Below are positions 22,438-32,475 of a stretch of DNA of 64,000 bases, piece by piece. Positions within the stretch are counted from its first letter, which is position 1, and every line of letters begins with the position of its first letter. Position numbers and translations under genes: made by a program. Source of the DNA: an uncultured Chloroflexia bacterium (GTDB taxonomy: Bacteria; Chloroflexota; Limnocylindria; Limnocylindrales; CSP1-4); contig CAVXNF010000006.1 in NCBI GenBank assembly GCA_963763075.1, forward strand, positions 351,728 through 415,727. Reading direction: 5' to 3'. The notes under the pieces are model-generated. The model worked only from the letters and a program-made list of their open reading frames with translations, had not been told where the DNA came from and ran no database searches.

Positions 22438-24301
22438 CTAGCGGCGCTCGGGGACGCCCACGAAGCGCAGGCCCAGCTCCTGGAACTGCTCCTCGTCGGG
22501 CGCCGACGGCGCCTCGAGCATGAGGTCGGACCCCGACTGCGTCTTGGGGAACGCCATGACCTCGCGGATGTTCGTCTGGTCGGACAGCAGCGCCGCCCAG
22601 CGGTCGATCCCGAGCGCGATCCCGCCGTGCGGCGGCGCGCCGTACTCGAACGCCTCGAGCATCGCGCCGAAGCGCTCCTTCATCTGCTCGAGCGAGTAGC
22701 CCTGGAGGTTGAAGCTGCGGGCGAGCAGCTGCGGATCCCAGATCCGCACCGAGCCGCCGCCGAGCTCCCAGCCGTTGAGCGCGACGTCGTACTGCATCGC
22801 CCGGGCCCGGCCGGCGGGATCGCCGGGGGTGCGGTCGTCGAGGTCGCCCGACGTCGTCGTGAGCAGGACCTCGTCCTCCGGCACGACGCCGCTGAACGGG
22901 TTGTGGGTCGCGTCCCAGCGGCCGTGCTCCTCGTCCCACTTGTACATCGGGAAGCGGTGCACCCAGCAGTACGCGAGCTCGGCCTGGTCCGCGAGGCCGA
23001 GCCGGCCGCCGAGCTCGACGCGCAGCCGCCCGAGCACGTCGTTGGTCACATCGGCGGTGTCGGCGACGACCAGGACGAGGTCGCCCTCGCTCGCGCCGGT
23101 CCGCTCGACGATCGCGGCCTGCGTCTCGGGCGCCAGGAACTTCGCGATCGGCCCGTGGAGCTCGCCGCCCGGCTGCACGGCGAGATGGACGAGGCCCTTG
23201 GCGCCGAAGCGCTTCGCGCGCTCGGTCAGCTCGTCGATCTCGCGCCGGGTCACGCCGCCGAGGCCCGGCGCGGCGATCGCCTTCACCCGGCCGCCCGAGG
23301 CGAGCGTCTCGTCGAACACGCGGAACCCCGACGCGGGCGTGCCGTCGGCACCGGTGAGCGCCGGCGCGAGGTCCACCAGCTCCATCGCGAACCGGATGTC
23401 CGGCTTGTCGGAGCCGTAGCGCTCCATCGCCTCGTCGTACTCGAACACCGGGAACGGGACGGCGCGGATCGGGCGCTCCGGGCTGGTCGCGCGCGTGACC
23501 TCGATGATCATCCGCTCGATGAACGCCATGACCGTCGCCTCGTCGACGAAGCTCATCTCGAGGTCGAGCTGGGTGAACTCCGGCTGCCGGTCGCCGCGCA
23601 GGTCCTCGTCGCGGAAGCAGCGCGCGATCTGGAAGTAGCGGTCGATGCCCGCGACCATCAGCAGCTGCTTGAGCTGCTGCGGGCTCTGGGGCAGGGCGTA
23701 GACCGTGCCCGGCTGGAGGCGGCTCGGGACGATGAAGTCGCGGGCGCCCTCGGGCGTCGACTTGATGAGGTTCGGCGTCTCGACCTCGACGAAGCCGTTC
23801 TCGTGGTGGACCTCGCGGATCGCCTGCACGAGCCGGCTGCGGAGGAGCAGGCGGCGCTGCATCGCGTCGCGCCGGATGTCGAGGTAGCGGTACCGCAGCC
23901 GGAGGCTCTCGTCGATCGTCGCCTCGGGGTCGTTGACGTAGAACGGCGGCGTCTTCGACTCGTTGAGGATCGTCGACCTGGCGCGCCTGGAGCTCCACGG
24001 CGCCGGTCGCGAGCTTCGCGTTCTCGGTGCCGGGCTGGCGGGTCGCGACCTCGCCCTCGAACGCGACCACGAACTCGGAACGCAGCGCGCTCGCCGTCGC
24101 GTGCGCCTCGGGCGCATCGGCCGCGTCGATCACGACCTGGGTGATCCCGTGCCGGTCGCGGAGGTCGATGAAGATCAGCTTCCCGTAGTCGCGCCGGCGG
24201 TGGACCCAGCCCGCGAGCTTCGCGTTCGTCCCGGCGTCGTCCGCCCGCAGCTCCCCGCAGGTATGGGTGCGGTAGGGCGTGGCGAGCGACGGCGTGGGCA
24301 T
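22438..24301 (-). CDS. aspS: aspartate--tRNA ligase (one apparent 1-nt insertion near 23971)
   Basis: N-terminus MPTPSLATPYRTHTCGELRADDAGTNAKLAGWVHRRRDYGKLIFIDLRDRHGITQVV...VELQARQV (frame of ORF 20591..24880). It continues as ILNESKTPPFYV...RYRYLDIRR...FVEVETPNL...FQIARCFRDEDLR...GGSVRI...GAPPHGGIALGIDR (ORF 22438..24117). Confidence 0.95.
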
Positions 24302-24376
24302 GGGCAGACGGCTCCGAGTGTGGCTGAGGACGTCTGTATCGTAAGCCACGTTCCGGGGCAGCCGAGGAGGGGCGAC

Positions 24377-25373
24377 ATGGACGCGACCGTCACGCGACCG
24401 CTGCGGGTCGGGCTGTTCCTGCCGACATGGACGCCCGGTGAGGGACTGCCCGAGTGGACGAGCGCCGCGTACCCGCACGGCCCTCGCTGGGGCGACGTCC
24501 TCGAGACGGCGCGACTCGCGGAGCAGGCGGGCTTCGACTCCCTGTGGGTCTGCGACCACATGCTGATGGACGACGACTGGGAGGCGCCGGACGACGGCGT
24601 GCTCGGCCCGGCCGGCGCTGGGCAACGGGACGTGGGACGCCTGGGCGCTGCTCGCGGGCCTGGCGGCCGCCACGACCCGGATCGAGCTCGGCACGATGGT
24701 CGCCTGCACGGCGTACCAGAACCCCGCCCGGCTGGCCCGCCTCGTCGACACGATCGACGAGATCAGCGGCGGCCGGCTCATCGCCGGGCTCGGCGCGGGC
24801 GACCACTGGAGCGAGTTCCTGCGGTTCGGCGTCCGCATCGAGCGTCCTGTCGCCCGGTTCGAGGAGGCGCTGCAGATCATCGTGCCGCTGCTGCGCGAGG
24901 GGCGGGTCGACTTCGAGGGCGAGTTCTACGCCGCGCGCGACTGCGAGCTCTCGCCGCGGGGTCGCGAGTCGGGCCCGCCGATCCTCATCGGGGCGCTCGG
25001 GTCCGGACCCCGGATGGTCCGGCTCGTGGCCACCTGGGCGGACCTGTGGAACGGCTGGTACTCGTTCGCCGACGAGCCGGCGCTGCCCCAGCTCGAGACC
25101 CAGATGGCGCGCGTCACGGAGGCATGCCTCGCGCACGGTCGTGACCCGGGCACGCTCGGGCGCACGGCCGGCGTGTCGGTCGCGCTGCCCGGCTTCGAGG
25201 CATCAGGCGCCTCGCTCCGCGGCACGCACGAGCAGATCGCGGACCAGCTGCTGGCGATCGGGGCGACGGGCGTGTCGCACGTCCAGGTCGTCGCCTCCCC
25301 GGTCGGCCCCGCCGGCGTCGAGGGCATGGCCCGCGTCCTCGAGCACCTCGACCGGGCTGCGGCGCCCGCCTGA
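24377..25373 (+). CDS. LLM-class (luciferase-like, probably F420-dependent) oxidoreductase (one apparent frameshift near 24610)
   Basis: ATG at 24377 with GAGGAGG upstream. MDATVTRPLRVGLFLPTW...ETARLAEQAGFDSLWVCDHM, then in the frame of ORF 24696..25373: WDAWALLAGLAAATTRIELGTMVACTAYQNPARLARLVDTIDEISGGRLIAGLGAGDHWSEF... Confidence 0.8.
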
Positions 25374-25380
25374 CGACCGG

Positions 25381-26059
25381 TCAGCCCCGGTTGCGGGTCG
25401 TCGCGATGTCGACCTCGTTGCCCTCGGGATCGGCGAGGGTCCACCACATCGGCGCGAACGCCCGCACGATCGACCCGCCGGCGGCGAGCGCGGCGGCGAC
25501 GCGCGCCTCGGCCAGCTCGTAGGGCACCCAGCACGCGACGTGGATCGTGTTGCGCTCCTCGCGCGCCGTGTCGAGCGGCTCGAACCACACCGAGGGCCCA
25601 CGTCCCCGCAGGTCGATCAGGTCCTCGTCCGGGCTGTCCGGCCGGTACTCGTAGCCGAGCGCGGCCCGCCAGAACGCCATCGCCCTCGGGATGTCGACCG
25701 CCTCCACGACGAAGTGGATCCCCTGCACGGCAGCCGGATCGGGCGTCAGGCCGAGCTCCGCGGCGAGCGAGGAGATCGAGCGGGCGAGCTCCACCGATTG
25801 CCGGGTCGGCCCATACCAGTCGTCCGCGACGCGGAGCATCCGGACGGTGACCGCGTCGTGGCGGACGTCCACGTCGGGCAGCCATGGCTCGAGGCCGTCG
25901 AGGCGTCGCGATCCGCTCCACGAACCGCGAGCCGCTCGCGAACGACGCGGTGCGGAACGTGGCCGTCACGCCGTCGCAGGTGATCCGCCAGTCGTCGACG
26001 CCGTCCGCGGCCTCGAACTCGTTGGGCGTGAGCAGGTTGGGGTCTCGTTCGTCGCTCAT
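25381..26059 (-). CDS. pterin-4a-carbinolamine dehydratase-like domain fused to a VOC/glyoxalase-fold domain (one apparent frameshift near 25905)
   Basis: MSDERDPNLLTPNEFEAADGVDDWRITCDGVTATFRTASFASGSRFVERIA (ORF 24926..26059), then ...LDGLEPWLPDVDVRHDAVTVRM...IHFVVEAVDIPRAMAFWRAALGYEYR...IHVACWVPYELAEARV...WWTLADPEGNEVDI (ORF 25381..25872). Confidence 0.65.
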
Positions 26060-26128
26060 GGGTGGAGCCTAGGCCGCGGATGTCGCCACCGACGCGTCAT
26101 GTTTGGCCGCCCGACGGCTGCGTCGGGC

Positions 26129-27416
26129 TCAGCCGTGCTTGTGGTGCTGCTCGGCGCGGGCGAGGTCGCGGGCCAGGTCCTCGAGCGCGACGACGCGCTG
26201 CGTGCCCGCGAGCAGGTCGCGCAGCTGGACGTGGCCGTCGGCGAGCTCGTCGCCCAGGATCACCGCGAAGTGCGCCCCGTCCTTGCCCGCGGCCTCGAGC
26301 TGCCGCCCGAGCTTGCGCCGGCCGAGGTCCGCGCGGACGCGAAGGCCGGCCGCCCGGAGCTCCGTCGCGACCCGCAGCCGCCCGATCGTGTCGTCCGGGT
26401 CCGCGCTGGCGACGACCGCGAGCGGCCCGTCCGCGGCGGCCGCCGCGTGCCCCTGCTCGGCCAGCACGAGGGCGACCCGGTCCAGCCCCAGCCCGAACCC
26501 GATCCCGGGCGTCGGCTTGCCGCCCAGCAGCTCGACGAGGCCGTCGTACCGCCCGCCGCCGCCCAGCGCCTGCTGCTGGCCCTCGCGGCCCGCGACGTAG
26601 AACTCGAACGCCGTGCGCGTGTAGTAGTCGAGGCCGCGGACGAGGCCCGGCTCGACGCGGAACGGCACGCCCAGCGCCTCGAGGTGCGCCTTGACCGACT
26701 CGAAGTGCGCCGCGCACGCCTCGCACAGGTGGTCGGTGATCCGGGGCGCGGACGCGTTGAGCTCGGCCATCGCCGGGTCCTTCGAGTCGAGCAGCCGCAG
26801 CGCGTTGCGCTCGAGGCGATCGCGCTCGGTCGGCGGCAGCACGTCGGCATGGGCCCGGTAGTGGTCGGCGAGCGACGCGATGTAGGCCGGGCGGCAGGCC
26901 GGGTCGCCGATCGAGTTGACGAGCACCTCGACGCCCTGGACGCCGGCCTCCGTGTAGAACCGGTGCGCCGAGCTCGATGATCTCGGCGTCGATCGCCGGT
27001 CCCGGATCCCCGATCGCCTCCACGTCGAACTGCCAGAACTGGCGGTAGCGACCGGCCTGCGGGCGGTCGTAGCGGAACATCGGGCCGGTCGTCGTGAGCT
27101 TCACCGGCTGGGGCAGCGTCTGCATCCCGTGCTGGACGTACGCCCGCACGATCCCGGCCGTCGGCTCGGGGCGGAGCGACCAGGACTCGGCCTCCTCGGT
27201 CCGGGGCGCGATCCGGAACAGCTCCTTCTCGACGACGTCGGTGACCTCGCCGATCCCGCGCTCGAACACCGCCGTCTGCTCGAACAGCGGGGTCTCGATC
27301 GGCCGGTAGCCGTAGCGGTTGGTCAGGCCCGTCGCGATCCGCGTCAGGCGGTCGAAGACCGCGCGCTCCTCCGGCAGCAGGTCTCGGGTGCCCCTGGGGG
27401 CGCGGAACGTGGGCAT
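26129..27416 (-). CDS. hisS: histidine--tRNA ligase (one apparent frameshift near 26965)
   Basis: MPTFRAPRGTRDLLPEE...YRPIETPLFEQTAVFERG...MFRYDRPQAGRYRQFWQFDVEAIG (ORF 26097..27425; I prefer the ATG at 27416 to the TTG at 27425). It continues as RFYTEAGVQGVEVLVNSIGD...GLVRGLDYYTRTAFEF...GGGRYDGL...GFGLGLDR (ORF 26129..26926). Confidence 0.95.
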
Positions 27417-27805
27417 CGGCGGCAAGGATACCGGCGTGGATGACCGGCGGATCGCGCTACGTGCGGCCGATGCAGCAGGACGAACGCGAGCGCGAGCACC
27501 GCCGTCGCGATCGCGCCGATCGTCGTCACGACGATCGAGACCTTGGCGGGCCGGAACGTCTCCGCCTCGATCCGGTCCTTGCCGTCCAGTAGCGGATGCC
27601 GCCGACGCCGACGATGAACGCCGCCGGTGAGGATCGACGTGATGGCCAGGATCTGGACGAGCCGGCCGTCCGCCGAGTCGACGCCGAGGAACTGGGCCGC
27701 CGCGATCCCGAGCGCGATGACCGCGAGCCCCGTGCGGAACCAGGCGAGGAACGTCCGCTCGTTCGCCATGTGGGTCCGGGCGCGGGTATCGGGATCGACC
27801 GCCAT
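27344..27805 (-). CDS. DUF202/YidH-family membrane protein (probably two compensating frameshifts; true stop uncertain)
   Basis: MAVDPDTRARTHMANERTFLAWFRTGLAVIALGIAAAQF carries the DUF202 signature ANERTFLAW.RT. The stretch GGVHRRRRRHPLLDG reads as a hydrophobic helix, (F)IVGVGGIRYW, in another frame. A third TM helix is VSIVVTTIGAIATAVLALAFVLL. The annotated tail overlaps the hisS start and is probably not real. Confidence 0.55.
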   Translation of the reverse strand: MAVDPDTRARTHMANERTFLAWFRTGLAVIALGIAAAQFLGVDSADGRLVQILAITSILTGGVHRRRRRHPLLDGKDRIEAETFRPAKVSIVVTTIGAIATAVLALAFVLLHRPHVARSAGHPRRYPCRRCPRSAPPGAPETCCRRSARSSTA

Positions 27806-27837
27806 CGGGCGCAGTCTAGCGCCGCATCCCCGTCCCT

Positions 27838-27871
27838 AACCTTTACGTGAACGGTAAGGTTGCGCTAGACT
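27838..27871 (+). promoter_or_regulatory. putative merR promoter with an embedded MerR-type inverted repeat (apparently leaderless)
   Basis: Imperfect inverted repeat AACCTTtAC-N7-GTAAGGTT at 27838..27861. TTACGT (27843..27848), a 17-nt spacer and TAGACT (27866..27871) follow. The GTG start at 27878 is 6 nt after the -10 hexamer and has no SD. Confidence 0.35.
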
Positions 27872-27877
27872 GGGCGG

Positions 27878-28390
27878 GTGACCGACACCGTCTCCCCCAC
27901 CCCCGCCACGGCCCCCGAGCGCCTCCTCCGCATCCAGGAGGTCGCCGCCGACACCGGGCTCACGCCGCGCGCCATCCGCTACTACGAGGAGCTGGGGCTG
28001 CTCGCCCCGGCCGCCCGCTCCGACGGCGCCTATCGCCTGTACGACGCGGAGGACCTCGAGCGCCTGCGGTTCATCCGCGGGCTGCGCGACGACGCCGGGT
28101 TCTCGCTCGCGGAGATCGGCCAGCTGCTCGAGGACGAGCAGGCCCGGACCCGCAACCGCCAGTCCTTCCGCTCGACCGCCGACGTCGCCGAGCGCCGCGC
28201 GATCGTCCTCGACAACATCGGCCGGATCGACCGCCAGGTGGCGACCCTGCGGCGCAAGATCGAGCGCCTCGAGGCGATGATCGCCGAGGCCGAGGACCGC
28301 CGCGAGCATCTCGCCGGCCATCTCGCCGACATCGACGCGGGTCGCGAGCCCAGCCACGGCCCGGAGGCCCACCGGAGGCCGTGCCGATGA
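27878..28390 (+). CDS. MerR-family transcriptional regulator
   Basis: 170-aa ORF. The HTH is LLRIQEVAADTGLTPRAIRYYEELGLLAPAARSDGAYRLYDAEDLERLRFIRGLRDDAGFSLAEIGQLL, followed by a coiled-coil dimerisation helix. Confidence 0.9.
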   Translation: MTDTVSPTPATAPERLLRIQEVAADTGLTPRAIRYYEELGLLAPAARSDGAYRLYDAEDLERLRFIRGLRDDAGFSLAEIGQLLEDEQARTRNRQSFRSTADVAERRAIVLDNIGRIDRQVATLRRKIERLEAMIAEAEDRREHLAGHLADIDAGREPSHGPEAHRRPCR

Positions 28391-29764
28391 TCCGCGAGCC
28401 CGCCGGCGGCGCGCCCCGCAGCTCGGGATTCGCGTTCGCCAACGGCGGCCGGGCATTCCGGCACCGCAACTACCGGCTGTTCTTCGGCGGCCAGCTGGTC
28501 AGCCTCGTCGGGACCTGGATGCAGCAGGTCGCCCAGGCGTGGCTCGTCCTCGAGCTCACCAGCGACCCCCTGATCCTCGGCCTGACCACGGCCCTCGCGT
28601 TCCTGCCCGTGCTCCTGCTCGGGCTGTTCGGCGGCCTGATCGCGGACGCCCTGCCCAAGCGGCAGACGCTGATCGTCACCCAGGCGGTCCAGATGACGCT
28701 CGCGTTCATCCTGTTCGCGCTCGTCGTCACGGACACGGTCCAGGTGTGGCAGATCCTCGTGCTGGCCACGATCCTCGGCATCACCAACGCCGTCGACATG
28801 CCCACCCGCCAGGCGTTCACCGTCGAGATGGTCGGGCGCGAGGACGTCGCCAACGCCGTCGCCCTCAACTCGGCGGTGTTCAACGGGGCGCGGATCGTCG
28901 GGCCCGCGATCGCCGGCCTCACGATCGGCTTCTTCGGCGGCGACGTCAGCGCCGCGTTCCTGATCAACGGCCTGTCGTTCCTGGCCGTGATCATCGCGTA
29001 CGCCGCGATGCGCGAGAGCGACCTCAACCACCGCGGCGACTACGCCCGCCCGGGGTCGCTCGCCGAGGTCCGCACGAGCCTCGCGGACGGGCTGCGCTAC
29101 GTCCGCCGCCACGACATGGTGCTGATGATGACGCTGACCGTCGGCCTCGCGTCGACGTTCGGGTTCAACTTCGGGGTCATCATCCCGGCCCTCGCGAAGG
29201 ACGTCCTGGGCACCGATGCGACCGGCTACGGGTTCCTCATGGCGGCGACCGGCATCGGGTCGCTCGTCGCGGCGCTCGGGATCGCGTTCTCGGGCCGCTC
29301 CCGACCGATCATCGTGCCGCTGGGCGCCGCCATCCTCGGCCTCGCCCTGCTCGCGACCTCGCTCGTCCAGGTGTTCCCGATCGCCCTCGTCACCATGCTG
29401 TTCGTCGGCTTCGGGGCGATCGCGATGGCCGCGACCGCGAACACGACGATCCAGCTCGCGGTCCCGGACGAGCTGCGCGGCCGCGTGATCAGCGTGTACA
29501 CGACGGTGTTCGTCGGCTCGACGCCGCTGGGCGGCCTGCTGATGGGCTGGATCGCGTCCGCGTGGAGCGTCGACGCCGCGATCGCCGTCGGCGGCCTGGG
29601 GTCGTTCGTCGCCGGGCGTGATCGCGCTCGTCTGGCTCGCCCGGATCCAGGCCCGCCGGGGCCGGCCACTCACCGCGACGACGTCGATGCGTCCGCGCGA
29701 TGCGACGGCCGTCGCGAGCGCCACGGGCGCGGGCGCGACCTCCGGCTCCGCGCGTCCCCGCTAG
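28387..29764 (+). CDS. MFS transporter (EntS/MFS_3-like, 12 TM helices; one apparent 1-nt insertion near 29615)
   Basis: The ATG at 28387 overlaps the merR stop (ATGA). FRHRNYRLFFGGQLVSLVGTWMQQVAQAWLVLELT...ADALPKRQTLIVTQ...ELRGRVISVY... After GLGSFVAG, a shift gives VIALVWLARIQARRGRPL... ending at the TAG at 29762..29764. Confidence 0.85.
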
Positions 29765-30140
29765 CCGCTCTCCTCGCCCGTCGGACGGTCCTCGAGGTCG
29801 ATCGCGACCGGGAGCGACGTCCGCAGCCACGTCTTGAGCCCGGTGGTGCCGTACTTCGCGGCGATCGCCTCGCGCGCGTCGGGATCCTCCGGCCTCGTCC
29901 GGCGCGAGCACGCGCGCTCGTCCCTCGACCCGCACCCCGCCCGCGACGATCGCGACCGCCGGGTCCGCCCGCAGGTTGCGCACCCAGTGCGCCGCCTCAC
30001 CGCCGCCGCTCAGCAGGTAGACCGTCCGGCCCGACAGCCGCGAACCAGATCGTGATCGCGCGCGGCTCGCCGCTCGTGCGGCCGCGGGTGACGAGGGTGC
30101 ACTCGATCGCGCGGGCGAAGGCGTCCTCGGCGCCGGTCAC
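29761..30140 (-). CDS. DUF385/nitroreductase-family deazaflavin (F420H2)-dependent oxidoreductase-like protein (two apparent frameshifts, at about 30040 and 29895)
   Basis: My reconstruction from the GTG at 30140: MTGAEDAFARAIECTLVTRGRTSGEPRAITIWFAAVG / RTVYLLSGGGEAAHWVRNLRADPAVAIVAGGVRVEGRARVLAPDE / EDPDAREAIAAKYGTTGLKTWLRTSLPVAIDLE. The HWVRNLRADP motif matches the W.RNL.ANP motif of the family. Confidence 0.5.
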
Positions 30141-30153
30141 CGGCCGTCCCGCC

Positions 30154-32427
30154 TCAGCCGAGGTCGCGCTGGACGCTGAGCACGTCCTTCAGCTGCTCCA
30201 CGCGGCTCATGACCTTGGCCAGCTGGGCGACCGACGCGACCTGGATCGTCATCGTCACCTCGGCGGTGTGGTCCGGGCTGACGCCGACGTTCGCGGCGAG
30301 GATGTTGACCTTGTTCTCGGCCATCACCTGGGTGATGTCGGACAGGAGGCCGGTCCGGTCGTACGCCTCGACCCGGATCGCGATCGGGTACGTCTGCGCG
30401 GGCGCCGCCTCCCACTCGACGTCGATCAGCCGCGAGACCTCGCGCTCGTTGAGGACCGTGGGACACGAGCGGAGGTGGACGGTGATCCCCTTGCCCCGGG
30501 TGATGAACCCCTGGATCGGGTCGCCCGGGATCGGGTGACAGCACTTGGCGAACCGCACGAGGAGGTCCCCCACCCCCTTGACGCGGACGCCGCCGGCGCG
30601 GGCGGGCTGCTGGGGCGCGATCGTCGGCAGCGTCGTCGCGCCGTCGTCCAGGACGCCGAGCCGCATGACGACCTGCTGGGCGCTGATCGCGCCGTAGCCG
30701 ATCGCGGCGAAGAAGTCGTCCAGCGTCTCGTGCTGGTAGCCCTTGGCGACCTCGGCGACGCGCTCGAGGCCCACCGCCTGCACGCTCGTCCGGGCGAGGC
30801 GGCGGAGCTCGCGCTCGAGCGACTCGCGGCCGTGGATGATGTTCTCGGCGCGGTCCTTCTTCTTGAACCATTGCCGGATCTTCTCCCGCGCGTGGGAGGT
30901 CCGGACGAGGTTCATCCAGTCGCGCGACGGGCCGTGCTCGCCCTTGGTCGTGACGATCTCGACGATGTCGCCGTTCTTGAGCCGGTAGTCGAGCGGCACG
31001 AGCCGGTTGTTGACCTTGGCCCCGATCGTCCGGTGGCCGATGTCGGTGTGGATCCGGTACGCGAAGTCGAGCGGCGTGGCGCCCGCGGGCAGGTCCTTGA
31101 TGTCGCCCCGCGGCGTGAACACGAACACCTGGTCCTGGAAGATGTCGAGCTTGATGCCCTCGACGAACTCGGTCGCGTCGGACTCGCTGACGTCGCGCTG
31201 CCACTCCATGAGCTGGCGCAGCCAGGCGAGCTTCGCGTCGTAGTCGCGCTCGGCCTTCGAGCCCTCCTTGTACCGCCAGTGGGCCGCGATGCCGACCTCG
31301 GACACCTGGTGCATCGCATGGGTCCGGATCTGGATCTCGAGCGGCTTGCCGTCGAGCGCGATCACGGCGGTGTGGAGCGACTGGTAGAGGTTGTTCTTGG
31401 GGACGGCGATGTAGTCGTCGAACTGGCCGGGGATCGGGCGCCAGATCGAGTGCACGACGCCCAGCGCCGCGTAGCAGTCGCGGACCTCGTCGACGAGCAG
31501 GCGGATGGCGTAGACGTCGTAGATCTCGCCGAACTCCGCGCTCTTGCGCTGCATCTTCTTCCAGATGCTGTAGATGTGCTTCGGGCGGCCCTGGAGCTCG
31601 GCCTCGATGCCCGCGGCCCCGAGCTTCGGCCGCAGCTCCTCGATCGCGCGCTCGATGTACGTCTCGCGGCCCTTGCGCCGGGTGTCGAGGAGCTTGGCGA
31701 GCTCGCGGAACGACTCGGGCTCGAGCGCCTTGAAGCTGAGGTCCTCGAGCTCCCACTTGATCTGCCAGATCCCGAGCCGCTCCGCGAGCGGGGCGTAGAT
31801 CTCCATCGTCTGGCGCGCGATCCGCTGCTGCTTCTCGGTCTTGAGGGCACCCAGCGTGCGCATGTTGTGGAGCCGGTCGGCGAGCTTGATGAGGACGACC
31901 CGGATGTCCTCGGCCATCGCCAGGAACATCTTCCGGATGTTCTCGGCCTGCTGCTGCTCGTGGCTGTGGGTGCTGAACTTCGAGAGCTTCGTGACGCCGT
32001 CGACGAGGTGGGCGACCTCGGGGCCGAACCGCTCCTCGACGTCGGCGAGGCTGTACTCGGTGTCCTCGGGCACGTCGTGGAGGAGCGCCGCGCTGACCGC
32101 GATCGGGTCGATGCCGAGCTCCGCGAGGATCTGGGCCGAGGCGATCGGGTGGGTGACGTACGGCTCGCCCGAGGCGCGGACCTGCGTCTGGTGCGCCTCC
32201 ACGGCGAGGTCGAAGGCGCGGTCGACCGACTCGAGGTCGGCCTGCGGGTGGTGCGCCTTGAGCGTGGCGTGGAGGTCGCGGCGGAGCGACTCGAGGTCCC
32301 AGGCCGGCGCCTTCGCGGCGGTGCCGGCGGCCGCACCCTCGCGACGCGGGCCGCGCCGGGCCGGCACCGGTGCCTGCTGCGTGGCAGCGAGCGGCACCTC
32401 GGGATCGCGAACGACGGGCTCGGCCAT
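30154..32427 (-). CDS. relA: bifunctional (p)ppGpp synthetase/hydrolase (RelA/SpoT homologue)
   Basis: Intact 757-aa ORF. HD domain (SGEPYVTHPIASAQILAELGID...ALLHDVPEDT), synthetase domain (PKHIYSIWKKMQRK...YDVYAIRLLV...LHTAVI...EIQIRTHAMH), then TGS, a zinc-finger-like region (CCHPIPGD) and a C-terminal ACT domain. Confidence 0.96.
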   Translation of the reverse strand: MAEPVVRDPEVPLAATQQAPVPARRGPRREGAAAGTAAKAPAWDLESLRRDLHATLKAHHPQADLESVDRAFDLAVEAHQTQVRASGEPYVTHPIASAQILAELGIDPIAVSAALLHDVPEDTEYSLADVEERFGPEVAHLVDGVTKLSKFSTHSHEQQQAENIRKMFLAMAEDIRVVLIKLADRLHNMRTLGALKTEKQQRIARQTMEIYAPLAERLGIWQIKWELEDLSFKALEPESFRELAKLLDTRRKGRETYIERAIEELRPKLGAAGIEAELQGRPKHIYSIWKKMQRKSAEFGEIYDVYAIRLLVDEVRDCYAALGVVHSIWRPIPGQFDDYIAVPKNNLYQSLHTAVIALDGKPLEIQIRTHAMHQVSEVGIAAHWRYKEGSKAERDYDAKLAWLRQLMEWQRDVSESDATEFVEGIKLDIFQDQVFVFTPRGDIKDLPAGATPLDFAYRIHTDIGHRTIGAKVNNRLVPLDYRLKNGDIVEIVTTKGEHGPSRDWMNLVRTSHAREKIRQWFKKKDRAENIIHGRESLERELRRLARTSVQAVGLERVAEVAKGYQHETLDDFFAAIGYGAISAQQVVMRLGVLDDGATTLPTIAPQQPARAGGVRVKGVGDLLVRFAKCCHPIPGDPIQGFITRGKGITVHLRSCPTVLNEREVSRLIDVEWEAAPAQTYPIAIRVEAYDRTGLLSDITQVMAENKVNILAANVGVSPDHTAEVTMTIQVASVAQLAKVMSRVEQLKDVLSVQRDLG

Positions 32428-32475
32428 GGAATCGAGTCTACCGCGTGCCGTTCGAGGGCCCGTGCGGCGGGACGG

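Noticed and set aside
16196-22441. 2081-aa plus-strand ORF, the longest in the track
   Set aside because: Most of it is antisense to the FtsX permease, eamA and GNAT genes and reads as Arg/Gly/Asp/Pro-rich low-complexity sequence. Only the internal segment 19835 to about 20594 (alpha/beta hydrolase) looks like protein. At this GC content stop codons are rare in all frames.
20591-24880. 1429-aa minus-strand ORF as a single giant protein
   Set aside because: It concatenates eamA, the N-terminal part of the GNAT gene, out-of-frame aspS sequence and the aspS N-terminus. Internal GTGA overlaps, an SD plus ATG, and recognisable domain boundaries show separate genes.
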